Source: Octopus sinensis (taxonomy: Eukaryota). Taken from it: a stretch of DNA of 64,000 bases. The notes beneath the pieces were generated by a model. It was not told the origin of the DNA. It saw only the letters and a list, made by a program, of their open reading frames with translations, and did no database searches. Location: positions 33,170,001 to 33,234,000 of the forward strand of contig NC_043007.1 in NCBI RefSeq assembly GCF_006345805.1, in the 5' to 3' direction. A program made the translations under genes and the position numbers. Shown one piece after another: positions 24,674 to 37,332 of the stretch; within the stretch, counting starts at the first letter, position 1, and every line of letters begins with the position of its first letter.

Positions 24674-25452
24674 ATAGGTGTAGGAGTGGCTGTGTAGTAA
24701 GTTGCTTGCTTAATAACCACATGGTTCCGAGTTCAGTCCCACTGCGTGGCACATTGGGCTAGTGTCTTCTACTATAGCCTCGGGCCGACCAAAGCCTTCT
24801 GAGTGGATTTGGTAGATGGAAACTGAAAAGAAGCCCGTCGTATATATGTATATCTATTATATAAAATCTCTTCTGTCTGTGTTTCTTTTAAGATTTCGGG
24901 CATCCTCCATCCGATTGCGCTCAAATTTGCTATGATGATAACGATGGTATCAGGGCGTGTATAAGTCTTGAAAAATTTACGAAAATCGATTCCAGATAAG
25001 AATACGATCGATAAAGCCGTCGGAACGTGCATTTGTACGTGCAAGTACATCCGCTGTTGCAATCGATACTACGCGTACGCGAGAAAAATGGACGTGAATT
25101 TTGCGCAAATAAAGCGGGCTGTCTTGAAATAATGCCACAAAATGTGACGGTCGGACAAGTTATTTTGAGAAAATTTGGTTTAAATGTTTGACAACTCAGC
25201 ACCCTCCATTGGACGGGGGGCATTTTGCTCGTGTATATATATGTGTGCGTTTGTGTGTCTGTGTTTGTCCTCCCAACATCGCTTGACAACCGATACTGGT
25301 GTGTTCACGACCCCCGTAACTTAGCGGTTCGGCAAAAGAGCCCGATAGAATAAGTACTAGGCTTAAAAAGAATAAGTCCTGGGGTCGATTTTCTCGACTA
25401 AAGGCGGTGCTCCAGCATGGCCACAGTCAAATGACTGAAACAAGTAAGAGTA
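24674..25452 (+). mobile_element. SINE family B, interrupted by a Helitron
   Basis: Head 24674-24850 and tail 25232-25452 match intact copies. Confidence 0.88.
24853..25231 (+). mobile_element. Non-autonomous Helitron
   Basis: 5' TC(tattatataaaa), subterminal GC hairpin ccctccattggacggggg, 3' CTCG (CTAG variant); inserted between A and T with no TSD. Confidence 0.7.
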
Positions 25453-25576
25453 AACTAATTACTGTGGTTGATGACATTAAAGACACACGCCCATACAAGA
25501 CGCACCCCAATTTCAGCAGCATATATTCAAGGATAAAATGCTTTTAGTGCTTCAAGCGTGAAATATTTAAAGTACC

Positions 25577-25960
25577 GTGGAGGCGCAATGGCCCAGTGGT
25601 TAGGGCAGCGGACTCGCGGTCGTAGGATCGCGGTTTCGATTCCCAGACCGGGCGTTGTGAGTGTTTATTGAGCGAAAACACCTAAAGCTCCACGAGGCTC
25701 CGGCAGGGATGGTGGTGATCCCTGCTGTACTCTTTCACCACAACTTTCTCTCTCACTCTTACTTCCTGTTTCTGTTGTACCTGTATTTCAAAGGGCCGGC
25801 CTTGTCACTCTCTGTGTCACGCTGAATATCCCCGAGAACTACGTTAAGGGTACACGTGTCTGTGGAGTGCTCAGGCACTTACACGTTAATTTCACGAGCA
25901 GGCTGTTCCGTTGATTCGGATCAACCGGAACCCTCGTCGTCGGAACCGACGGAGTGCTTC
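25577..25960 (+). mobile_element. tRNA-derived SINE family C, near full length
   Basis: gtggaggcgcaatggcccagtggttaggg (A box), ggtttcgattccc (B box); 3' part shared with the 36093 element. Confidence 0.9.
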
Positions 25961-26278
25961 CATTCCATTTAAAGTACCATCAAGGCCGAGAGCTGGTAGA
26001 ATCTTTGGGACGCCGGACAAAACGCTTAGCGGCATTTCGTCCGTCTTTCGGAGTCGATAAAATAAGTACCAGTTTAACACTGGAGGTCGGTGTAATCGAC
26101 TTACACACCCATCCGAATTTGCTTGACTTGTGCTAAAATTAGAAACCAAAATTTAAAGCAACATAAAGGCGGCATTTCGTCTGTCTTTACGTTCTGAGTT
26201 CAAATTCCGCCGAGATCGATTTTTCGTTTCGTCCTTTCGGAGTCGATAAAATATGTACCAGTGGAATAATAGGGTCAA

Positions 26279-26662
26279 CTAGCAGTATCGCCCGGCGTTG
26301 CTCAGGTTTGTAAGGGAAATAACTATAAAGCATTTTTAGAGTTATAGCCAAAAAATAGCAAAAAAATGGAAAAAAAATGATGGTAAATTTTTTTTTGAGA
26401 GTTAAAAAAGTTCGAGTTGCGTCCCCTAGACAGTCTGTGGTTTGTGTTTCTGATTCTCGACCCCATGTCGAATTTATCGATTTTTTTCAGAACTGGGGGA
26501 ACTTTTCAAAATTTTCGCTGCGTTAGTTTTGAATTATGACATTGGGTTATGTGTATGTCAAGTTTCATCAGAATCGGTTGAAAGCCGTGGTCAGGGTGAG
26601 GGTACAAGCAAACAGACACACAGAAACACACACAGACAAACTGCCGTTTATATAGAGAGAGA
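26279..26662 (-). mobile_element. Non-autonomous Helitron inserted in a SINE A copy
   Basis: Minus strand 5' TCTCTCTCTATATAAA; 3' hairpin cctgagcaacgccggg then CTAG; splits the host gggtcaa|tgtaa at A^T with no TSD. Confidence 0.85.
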
Positions 26663-27190
26663 TGTAACCAACTATCTCCCCCAACCCCGAAATTGCTGGC
26701 CTTGTACCAAGATTTTTATACCAATATTTACTACAGAGTTACAGTAGATACTGAACCGCCTCAATAACAGTATGAACACTGTGTTAAGGGTTCAATAGGA
26801 ATTCGTGGAATCCCTATACTGACAACTACAGCATACATAGATTTGCACTGGGCCTCTAATCACGTGGAGCTGCAAGACAACTACCCCAGTGTGCGCGTGC
26901 CTTCTGCCGATACCGTGTATATATAGACTTACTATAGTTTACTACTAAAATAGGCGCAGACGTGGCTGGGTTGTAAGAAACTTGTTGCCTAACCACATGG
27001 TTCCGGCTTCAGTCTCATTGCGTGGCACATTGGGCAAGAGTCGATTCGATGAAGGGTTGTTTGCCTTGTTTTCCATTTGTGTATTTCGTTGTTCGAAAAA
27101 ATAGTTCATATTTCATGTATTCGTACCCGTTTGTGACGTCCTGTGCCCACATATGCATATGTATATACGTATAGATGTATGTACGTAACG

Positions 27191-27231
<41 letters not shown>

Positions 27232-27248
27232 GTCTATGTATATAGATG

Positions 27249-27327
<79 letters not shown>

Positions 27328-27344
27328 TCAAATAAGTAAAAATA

Positions 27345-27379
27345 ATATCATGAATAGCGATAGCGAAACCGGTCGATAT
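27345..27379 (+). ncRNA. Minimal type I hammerhead ribozyme, A3-U8 core
   Basis: AUAUC AUGAAUA GC-GAUA-GC GAAA CCGG UC GAUAU in a ~160-bp insert between (TA)n tracts. Confidence 0.7.
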
Positions 27380-27501
27380 ATTAAAAATTATATTAAAACT
27401 ATGTAAGTGTGCGTATTTTCCTTTTTTAATTTCTTATATACATTACAACTCACCACGTGTGGATAATCGACATTCCTCTTTTCTGTTACTACTACTACTA
27501 C

Positions 27502-27533
<32 letters not shown>

Positions 27534-27676
27534 AATGTATATATGTATATGTATATGTATATATATATGCATATATGTATATGTATATATGCATATGTAT
27601 GTATATGTATGTATATATGTATATATATTTATGCATATATACATGTGTGTATATATATGTATATGTATATATGTAA

Positions 27677-27714
<38 letters not shown>

Positions 27715-28728
27715 ATGTGTATATATATATATATGTATGTATATATCTATATATCTATGTATATATTTATATGTGTGTGTATGTATGTATATATACAAAC
27801 ATACATTAATACATGCATACATATATATGTGTACGTATATATGTACATACACTCGTGCACACGCACACATACGTGTACACAGTCTTTAAGCTGTGTAATT
27901 TTTTTCAACACGTTATTTTACATGAAGAAGAAGCAGACGATGACGACGACGATGGAGTTACCTCCGCAAAGGAAATGAAGTGTTCAAATCAGCGTTATAC
28001 GAAATAGTACACACACTGACACACACACACACACACACACTGACACATACACAAACATGTCTTACAAAAAGAAATTAGCGCTCAAGCACAAAAGCACAAA
28101 CACAAATGCACAAACACGCAAACACATAAAAATTGTATTTGAAAAAAAAAACCCATTACAAATCACGCGAAAAACTCAAACGCAACACAATGTAAAAACA
28201 GCTACACATGTACGCACACACACGCACACACACGCACATACACAGGAAAATCGATTTTACCAGTCAAGGTGACGATAGGCTGTATCAAGAAGTGTCAAAT
28301 GGATTTCCGCTTATTACAAAGGTTTCTGATTTCAATTCTGCTGTTACCAACATTTCGAGTATCGTTTTGTCGTGTTGGCAGTGGCAGTAGTGGTGCTGGT
28401 GGCGGTGGCGGTGATGGTGATGATGGTAGTGATGGTGGTGATGACGGTGGGGGAGCATTTTATTTCTTTAATGTGTGTATATGCAACACACACACACACA
28501 CACACGCGCACACATATACTTCTACATTCTATGTATACGCGTAAAGATATAATCATATCTGCGTAATATATATATATATATATATATATAGATCAATAAA
28601 TGGTGGGGTTGTGTTGACCGCACGTGGAGAAATGATAAGTAAGGAAAAATTTTTTTTTTAAATGCAAAATGCTCAAATGAAAGAAAATTTTAATAAAATG
28701 AGAAAATGATAAATATATAAATAATATT

Positions 28729-28769
28729 TATTCAACCGGTTTTCGTCATTGTATGACTTGTCAAGAATA
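28729..28769 (-). ncRNA. Minimal type I hammerhead ribozyme, U3-A8 core
   Basis: UAUUC UUGACAA GUCAU-ACA-AUGAC GAAA(A) CCGG UU GAAUA; one extra A in the A-run. Confidence 0.7.
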
Positions 28770-29224
28770 TTTATGTTTTAAGAAGTTTTTTAAAAATTAG
28801 AAAGGGGAAAAAAAGAAAATTGCATTGTTTTTTGTAAAAGAATAATGATAAAAATGTACAAAAATTAAAAAATAAGTTCTCCGATACATTGTGAGTTCGT
28901 TGTGTATCTTGAGTTTTATGGTTGTTTACCAAAAAATTACCTTGAGGTGTTAAGATCCAAAGGGATTAAGAGCATGTGATGTGTTGTGTTGTTAAATTCA
29001 GCATGTTGCAGGACAGGAAGTAGTAGTAATTGGGTCCTGGTTCTCAGTTCCTGTGTTGTGGGTAAGGGGAGACAACTCTTTTGAGTTCTTCAATAAAACC
29101 CAAATTATAAAACTATCATTTTAGCTTCATTTGCATTTCTTTTTTTATATAATTGCTTGTTAACTTAACTTTCAGATTTTAACACTTTATTTATATTATT
29201 TGTCTATAATATAAATCTGCATAG

Positions 29225-29582
29225 ACAATTGCATTTCACCCTTATAGAGTATGGAATAAAACGCGCCAAAGAACTAGACAACACTACACTGAAAACCACC
29301 CAACCTAACACCACACACAACCTCAAAATACTTCCATACATTTCCACCCACAACCACCCAAAAATATCGAAGCATACACCACAATCATACAAAACCTCAG
29401 TCTACTGTCAACAGACCCAAAAATGAAAAACATTATAAATACACACAAGATCCTCAAATGCAAAGGCAACAACAAATCTTTAAAAAAACTCTCTTGACAA
29501 ATGCCAAACTTCACACACCACATCCACCCCCCAACAGTAAAAAAATGTGCACGCCCTCAACTGTGGTACCTGCCCCTTTCTA
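29225..29582 (+). mobile_element. Penelope-like element ORF fragment (thumb-linker with Cys cluster, Neptune-like)
   Basis: LIEYGIKRAKELD...ILPYISTHN...DPKMKNIINTHKILKCK...LTNAKL...VKKCARP/NCGTCPFL (C-x4-C-x2-C, which precedes GIY-YIG in Neptune-type PLEs); frameshifted. Confidence 0.75.
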
Positions 29583-29704
29583 CACACACACATATATATA
29601 TGTATGTATATATATATATACACACACCACACATATATATATATAAAATATTTAGTTATATATGTATGTGTCTGCCTATGTATTATATATGTGGTGTATG
29701 CGCA

Positions 29705-29781
<77 letters not shown>

Positions 29782-29889
29782 ATGTTTGTGAGTGCGTGTG
29801 TGTGCTGAAACAATACATACAAGTATGTGTGTGTGTATGTTGTCAGTGTGTAAATTTGTAAAAGCTGTCGGTTGCTGTCTATTATAGTA

Positions 29890-30105
29890 GTGATGATGAT
29901 GACGGTGATGACGATGATGATGATGATGACGTATATGATGATGACGTATATGATGATGATGATGATGATGACGATGATGACGATGATGATGATGATGATG
30001 ACGATGATGACGATGATGACGATGACGATGATGATGATGATGATGATGATGACGATGACGACGATGACGATGATGATGATGATGATGATGATGATGAAGA
30101 TGATG
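29890..30105. repeat. (GAT/GAC)n microsatellite
   Basis: Direct reading. Confidence 0.95.
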
Positions 30106-30910
30106 TCTAGACCGCAAACGGAAACGCTGTTATTTAACAAGCACACAGAAAGCAATCAAACGTCTTCCAGAGTGCTTTTATCATTACCGTATTTTTTTCT
30201 TCCATTTAATGAGTACACATACATGCACACACACACACACATACAGACACACTAATAAACACACTCGCACACGCACGCGTGAACATACACGTTGTTTCTA
30301 GCCATTACACTGAATAGCTAAATTGAATTGTTTGAGGTAATGTTGTATAGAATTAAGTGAAGAGATGGGGTTCTGGTGGTGGTGGCGGTGGTGGTGGTGC
30401 GACTGCCGCTGCGGCTTCGTAGAGCTTAAATACTTTAAAAGCAGTGTTGGCTAATGTTTAATTAACTAAAATTTTACTGAAAGTGAAGAGAAAAAGAGAG
30501 AAAGGAGAGGAGAGACAGAGAGAGACAGAGACGGACAGACGGAGAGAACCAGTAGTTTTACTGAATGATGCGTTTTGAAGAAAAAACAAGGGAGATAATT
30601 CCTGAATTTAAATTAATCAAAAGTTCAATGGCGGTGTTAGAGCGCGTCTAGTATATGCGAAGGGTGAATGATCTTTGTAGGTTCAGTTTGGCTGAGTGGT
30701 TAACGAGTTTGCTTTGCAACCAAGTTGATCCGGGTCCAGTCCCACTGCTCGCAAACTTGGGTGCCTTCTCCTATAGCTCCGGACAGACCAATGCCTTATG
30801 AGTGAATTTAGTACATGAAAACTGTATGGAAGCCCGTCGTATATAAATATACATATATTATATATTTATGTATGTATGTATGTATGTATGTATGTATGCA
30901 TGTATGTATG

Positions 30911-30944
<34 letters not shown>

Positions 30945-30972
30945 TGTATGTATTGTATGTATGTATGTATAT

Positions 30973-31205
30973 ATTTCTTTATTGCCCACGAGGGGCTAAA
31001 CATAGAGGGGACAAACAAGGACAGACAACCGGATTAAGTCGATTACATCGACCCCCAGTGCGAAACTGGTACTTTATTTATCGACCCCGAAAGGATTAGA
31101 GGTAAAGTCGACCTCAGCGGAATTTGATCTCAGAACGTAACGACAGACGAAATACCGCTAAGCATTTCGCCCGGCGCGCTAACGAGTCTGCCAGCACGCC
31201 GCCTT
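30973..31205 (-). mobile_element. SINE family A
   Basis: Reverse complement of the 38896 unit. Confidence 0.9.
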
Positions 31206-31383
31206 TGTATGTATATGTATGCTACATACATATAAGCGGAATGACCTGTAAGTGGAGATCCACTAGCTAGGAGAAGATCCGCTATAGTCTTATCACTAAG
31301 AAAGGAATGTTCTCAAGAAAATTTAGCAAACGCCAGGACGTAAGCGAGCAAGACAAATGAAAAGATACAAAATATATCGATTA

Positions 31384-31455
31384 ATCACAAACCTGGTTTC
31401 GTTGTTACCACTTACGTAATCATTTACATAATTGTCCGCAACTCATCAGTGTGAT
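31384..31455 (-). ncRNA. Type I hammerhead ribozyme, canonical core
   Basis: AUCACA CUGAUGA GUUG-(34 nt with an internal hairpin)-CAAC GAAA CCAGG UU UGUGAU. Confidence 0.85.
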
Positions 31456-31963
31456 CGTCTTTGCAAATATACTTTGCAGAACTATACACAAGACGTCCGC
31501 ATGAGATTGAATATGTATACAGTTCTACTACTTACAGTTGGGGGTCACCTTTCAAAAGTCTTCGTTTTAGCGCGCCAAACTACCGGAAAAGATCTTCAGA
31601 AAATACTTCTCTTCAGTGTATGTGTGTATATATGTGTGTGTGTGTATGTATTTGTGTGCGTGTGTGTGTACGTGTACACTCGTGCGTGTGTATGTGTGTG
31701 TGCCTTTATGTTTGTCTCCCTCACCTCTCGAAAACCGATGTTGTTGTTTGTTACTTCCCCGTAAGTTAGGGATTCAGTAAAAGAAAATAAATACCTGATA
31801 TAAAAAGTATAAACTGACGTCGATATCCACGACTAAACCCTTCAAGGTGGTGACCCAGGACGACCGCAGTCAAATGACTGATATAAGTAAGAGATAAAAG
31901 ATGTTTAAGTGTTATTAGCCCTCCACAGCAAAGTTGTATTTTCATCAGTATTTGCTACATTCT

Positions 31964-32335
31964 AAGGCGGTGAGCTGACAGAAACGTTAGCACGCCTCGC
32001 GTCCGCCGAGGTCGACTTTGCCTTTCATCCTTTCGGGGTCGATTAAATAATTACAAGTTACGCATTGGGGTCGATGTAATCGACTTAATCCGTCTGCCTG
32101 TCCTTATTTGTCCTCTCTATGTTTAGCCCCTTGTGGGTAGTAAAGAAATAGGTATTTCGTCTGATTTTACCTTCTTAGTTCAAATTCCACGAGATCGACT
32201 TTGCTTTTAATCCTTTCGGGGTCGATAAATTAAGTACTAGTTGCGTACAAGGATCGATAAATTAAGTACCAGTTGCGTACTGTGGTCGATCTAATCGACT
32301 GCCCCCCCAAAAAAAAATTTCGGGCCTTGTTTAGG
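31964..32335 (+). mobile_element. SINE family A, tandem/compound copy
   Basis: Internally deleted first unit; aaagaaata|ggtatttcgtctg junction at ~32150; second unit with a 29-bp duplication. Confidence 0.8.
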
Positions 32336-32545
32336 TGTTTATATAATTTAATGAAGGTGTTTGTGTGGAGGCTATCATGCATTTTATGGAAAAAGTGAAA
32401 GTATATTGTCCTAAACAAAATAAATGTAAACTGCAGTAGAAAGGGAAAGTGACGGCATTGTCATCCCATAATTTTTTGTATAAAATGTATGTAACATAAC
32501 CAATGTACAGGACGTTCATATATTTAATATAACGTGTAAGCCTCA

Positions 32546-32598
<53 letters not shown>

Positions 32599-32625
32599 CT
32601 ATCTATCTATCTATCTACTATGCTA

Positions 32626-32679
<54 letters not shown>

Positions 32680-32697
32680 TATATGAATTAGATATAT

Positions 32698-32730
<33 letters not shown>

Positions 32731-33172
32731 CTCTATATATTATATATATATATATCTATATTATATATATATATAATGCCATATAAATTAAGAAAACTAC
32801 CTTTCATCAATTCAACAATGACATAACAACGATTTAATTAAATTATACCATATCGAAAAAAATTAAATATACGATAAAACATATACCAATAATTAAGTAT
32901 AGTACAAAGTAAAAATAAAAAGTATATAATTGGCAAATTCGACTAATTAATCTAACCCTAAGGTTAAATAAATGTGTCCATGTAAATCAGATTTAGGTAA
33001 ATTAAGTAAATTTATTCTAGATAAATGTATTAATAGATTAAATGAAATTAATTACCTTAAACTTTGGAATAGTACTAATGATGCTTTAAAATGGTTTCAT
33101 AATACTAAAGACAAAAATAAATATAAATTCATTCAATAGATATAAATAATTATTCTTCTCTATTAATGAGAT

Positions 33173-33511
33173 GTGAGGCGCATGGCTCAGTGGTTAGAGC
33201 GTCGAGCTTACGATCGTGAGGTTGTGGAGCTCGAATCCCGGACCGGGCTGCGTGTTGTGTTCTTGAGCAAAGCACTTTATTTCACGTTGCTCCAGTTCAC
33301 TCAGCTGAGAAATGAGTTGCGACGTCACTGGTGCCAGCTGTATCGACCTTTGTCTTTCCTGGTGATAACACTGGGGCGTGGAGAGGGGAGGCCGGTATGC
33401 AATGGGCGACTACTGGTCTTCCATAACAACCTTGCCCAGACTTGTGGCCTCATAGGTAACTCTCTAGGTGCAAACCCATGGTCACTCATGACCGAAGGGG
33501 GTCTTTACCCC
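33173..33511 (+). mobile_element. tRNA-derived SINE (D-related) with 11-bp TSD
   Basis: TSD attaatgagat at 33162-33172 and 33512-33522; homologous to 36415-36755. Confidence 0.92.
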
Positions 33512-33765
33512 ATTAATGAGATCGTGCTCATTAAGACCCTAATTTATGCAGTGAATAAGGTAGGAATGACTTCTGATGAAGTTAATGTTATTAAAATGGC
33601 TAGGAAATCGTTAATTAGATATACTAATAAATTAAGGGCTAGGAAGTTACTAGGAACTATTTTGATATATCAATGGGGATACCAGATTCTCCACAGGTTA
33701 CTGATTTATTAGGTATTTATTTATTAAACTTCAATTAGAAAATTTAAAATTGGCGGGTGGTTTAT

Positions 33766-34166
33766 ATACTCTTTTACTCTTTTACTTGTTTCAGTCATTT
33801 GATAGCGACCATGCTGGAGCACCGCCTTTAGTCGAGCAAATCGACCCCAGGACTTATTCTTTGTAAGCTCAGTACTTATTATATCGGTCTCTTTTGCCGA
33901 ACCGCTAAGTGACGGGGACGTAAACACACCAGCATCGGTTGTCAGCTAGGGGGACAAACACAGACACACAAACACACACACTGATATATATATACATATA
34001 TACGACAGGCTTCTTTCAGTTTCCGTCTACCAAATCCACTCACAAGGCATTGGTCGGCCCGGGGCTATAGCAGAAGACACTTTCCCAAGATGCCACGCAG
34101 TGGGAGTGAACCCGGAACCATGTGGTTGGTTAGCAAGCTACTTACCACACAGCCACTCCTGCGCCA
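33766..34166 (-). mobile_element. SINE family B, inserted at the PLE RT GLYRD motif
   Basis: Full-length copy; flanks ggtttatata / atatagggatggc rejoin to G-L-Y-R-D-G. Confidence 0.92.
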
Positions 34167-35637
34167 TATAGGGATGGCCTTTTTTTACTTACTAATTATT
34201 GTACCAATAGAAAATCAGAATTGTATAAGAAGAAACTTTACAATTTCTTTAAAAATATGGTTTCAGTATTACAATTTATGAGATCTATAATGTTAATTAT
34301 TTAGATGTTAATTTTAATTTAATAATGGGTAAAAACCCAACCATTCATGAAAGTAATGAAAATCTTAAATATATTAATGCTTATAGTAATCATCCACCTT
34401 CTGTTAAAAAATCGTTGATAAATAATGTAGGTAAAAGAATATCATTACTTTCTTATGATTTAGTGACTTTTAATAAACATGCACCTTGTTTAATAAAACC
34501 TACATGAGGCAGGATATAATAATAATATTAAATTTTTTTATAGCTTTATGTTTATAGTGTGTATGTGCGTGCATATATACACACATACATATATGCATAC
34601 ATACATACATGCATACACAGGCGTACATAAGTACATACATACATACACATACATACATACATACATACATACATACATGCGTGTATGCATACATACACAC
34701 ATACATACGTACATATATATGACGAACTAACTGTTACTTTCTCAGATGCAGCACGGATTTTTGTCGTGAACAGGTCGCGATTTTAGCGACGAAAATATTT
34801 TGACAAATTAAACTTAAATGTTGAAGTGAATCGAATGGCTTTTTGTGTGTTTCTCTAAATGGCTTACAAACACCTTCCACGCTGCAATTGTTTTCGTTTC
34901 ACACACGATCTCAGATCAAATCACTTGCTATGCGAGTACATCTCCGTAATTAAATTTTTTAATATTTGTAAATATAATTATAATTTAAAGGATTATAATA
35001 TAAATGATTTTTATAATGATAAACCTAATTATCTGAATTATGAATTATCGTTTGGCCGTGTGCCTATAGTAGGAAGGCTTATTAATTTCTAGAAAAACAA
35101 AATAATAGTTGTTATAGTCATCAGAGCTACATTGTTTCTAAAAAATAATCTGGTAAAAATTCGAAAAGCTTCAAGTAGTTGGCTGAAATTTAACAAGATT
35201 CAGTGCCCACGTAAAATTTTTGAAACGTCACTTGGTGATATCTGTCGTTTCAGGCTAGAGACGATGGGGTAAGATTTAAGAGGAGTTCGATTGCTATTTC
35301 TAGCAAGCTGCTCTTGGGGAAAAAGTGGTTGCTATTTCGGTCTGCTGTCATATGCATAGGAAATTTCTTCCCTTGAGACAATTGACCTGTCTTCTTTGCA
35401 ATATCTTCCAAAATATCCTGGCATGAAATAAATAGACAAAAAAAAAGAAACCAAAAATTAAATGGGAAACAAATCTTGTTTAAGCAAATTTCTATAATAA
35501 GCGTGGAGCATACAGAACTTAAATCATTGCCAAGAATGTGGTTATAAGTTGATGAAGCGTCTCAAACGTCGGTTGCCAACTGTACTCATCTAATGAGGTC
35601 ACAAAGTCGATTACATAAAAAACATTTAGGTTCGCAT

Positions 35638-36056
35638 ATACTCTTACTCTTTACTCTTTTTACTTGGTTCAGTCATTTGACTGCGGCCATGCTGGAGCAC
35701 CGTCTTTAGTCGAGCAAATCGACCCCGGGACTTATTCTTTGTAAGCCCAGTACTTATTCTATCAGTGTCTTTTGCCGAACCGCTAAGTGACGGGGACGTA
35801 AACACACCAGCATCGGTTGTCAAGCAATGCTAGGGGGACAAACACAGACACACAAACACACACATATACATATATATATATACATATATACGACAGGCTT
35901 TTTTCAGTTTCCGTCTACCAAATCCACTCACAAGGCCTTGGTCGGCCCGGGGCTATAGCAGAAGACACTTGCCCAAGATGCCACGCAGTGGGACTGAACC
36001 CGGAACCATGTGGTTGTTTAGCAAACTACTTACCACACAGCCACTCCTGCGCCTAT
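35638..36056 (-). mobile_element. SINE family B, full length
   Basis: Near-identical to 40913-41326. Confidence 0.95.
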
Positions 36057-36092
36057 GTATATACACATATGTATATATGTGTATATAAAAGG

Positions 36093-36400
36093 GTGAAGGC
36101 GAGTGGCTTAGTGGTTAGGGCATTCGGCTCACGATTGTAAGGTCGTGAGTTCGATTCCCGGCGACGCGTTGTGTCCTTGAGCAAGGCACTTTATTTCACG
36201 TTGCCCCAGTCCCTCAGCTGGCAAAAATGAGTTGTACCTGTATTTCAAAGGGCCGGCCTTGTCACACTCTGTGTCATGCTGAATCTCCCTGAGAACTACG
36301 TTAAGGGTTCGCGTGTGTCTGTGGATTAATTTCACGAGCAAGCTGTTTCGTTGATCGTATCAGCTGGGACCCGCGTCGTCGTAATCGAAGGAGTGCTCCT
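36093..36400 (+). mobile_element. tRNA-derived SINE: D-type head with C-type 3' region
   Basis: ggcgagtggcttagtggttaggg...gagttcgattccc; 3' part gtacctgtatttcaaagggccggcc... shared with 25577. Confidence 0.88.
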
Positions 36401-36414
36401 TCCATGTAAAAGGG

Positions 36415-36755
36415 TAAAGGAGCATAGCTCTCTGGTTAGAGTGTTGGGCTCACAATCATAAAATAGGGAGTTCGATCCTCAAATCGGGCTGTGTGCGTGG
36501 TGTTCTTGAGCAAGACACTTTATTTCATGTTTAATTCAGTTCATTCAACTACTGAAATGAGTTGCGATGTCACTGGTGCCGAGCTGTATCGGTCTTTGCC
36601 TTTCCCTTGGATAACATCAGTGGTGTGGAGAGGGAAGGCTGGTATGCATGGGTGACTGCTGGTCTTCCATAAGCAACATTGCTCGGACTTCTTCCTCGGA
36701 GGGGAACTTCCTAGGTGCAATCCCATGGTCACTCATGACCGAACGGGGTCTTTAC
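36415..36755 (+). mobile_element. tRNA-derived SINE (D-related)
   Basis: Homologous to 33173-33511. Confidence 0.85.
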
Positions 36756-37108
36756 CGTGCATGCATGCATGCATGCATGTATGTATGTATGTATGTATGT
36801 ATGTATGTATGTATGTATGTATGTATGTATGTGTGTGTGTGTATGTATTTAAGTGTGATAAAAAGTTTGCTTCCCAACCTCATGGCTCCGGATTCAGTTC
36901 CACTGTGTGACACCTTGGTCAAGTGTCTTCTATGATAACCTCGAGTCGACCAAAGCCTTGCGAATGGATATGTTAGACGGAAACTCTTTTAGATACCCTA
37001 AATTATAATTTTAATAATAATTATTACCTTTGAAGGTTTTTATCCCTATGCTGGCCACCTAGTAAGTTCGGTATTTAAATAAACGATCTATCCTTATATA
37101 TATAAATT

Positions 37109-37176
<68 letters not shown>

Positions 37177-37220
37177 TATATATATATATATATTATTAAA
37201 ATATTATATATAATACATAC

Positions 37221-37332
37221 ATAATTTACAAAATGACGGCAGAAGAACAATTCTAACGCCAAATATGCCGAAAAATTTTTTGCGGCATGTTTGGCATTAG
37301 AATTGTTCTTCTGCCTCATTTGTGTAAATTAT
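37221..37332. repeat. Inverted repeat (hairpin) in (TA)n context
   Basis: ataatttaca...ggcagaagaacaattctaacgccaaatatgccg / cggcatgtttggcattagaattgttcttctgcc...tgtaaattat. Confidence 0.9.

Larger units (their letters stand above)
32900..34505 (+). mobile_element. Penelope-like element reverse transcriptase relic (Naiad-like), split by two SINEs
   Basis: CPCKSDLGKLSKFILDK...LWNSTNDALKWF...KFIQ.DINNY...INE|IVLIKTL...MARKSL...NYFDISMG.PDS.QVTDLLGIY...GL|YRD.G...VNYLDV...YINAYSNHPPSVKKSL...KRIS. Confidence 0.8.

Noticed and set aside
25577-25655. tRNA genes at SINE heads (also 33173, 36093, 40113)
   Set aside because: A and B boxes are present, but they run into SINE bodies and are dispersed diverged copies, not complete cloverleaf genes
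33173-33712. 179-aa ORF
   Set aside because: Chimera of a SINE (bounded by a TSD) read into a piece of decayed PLE RT
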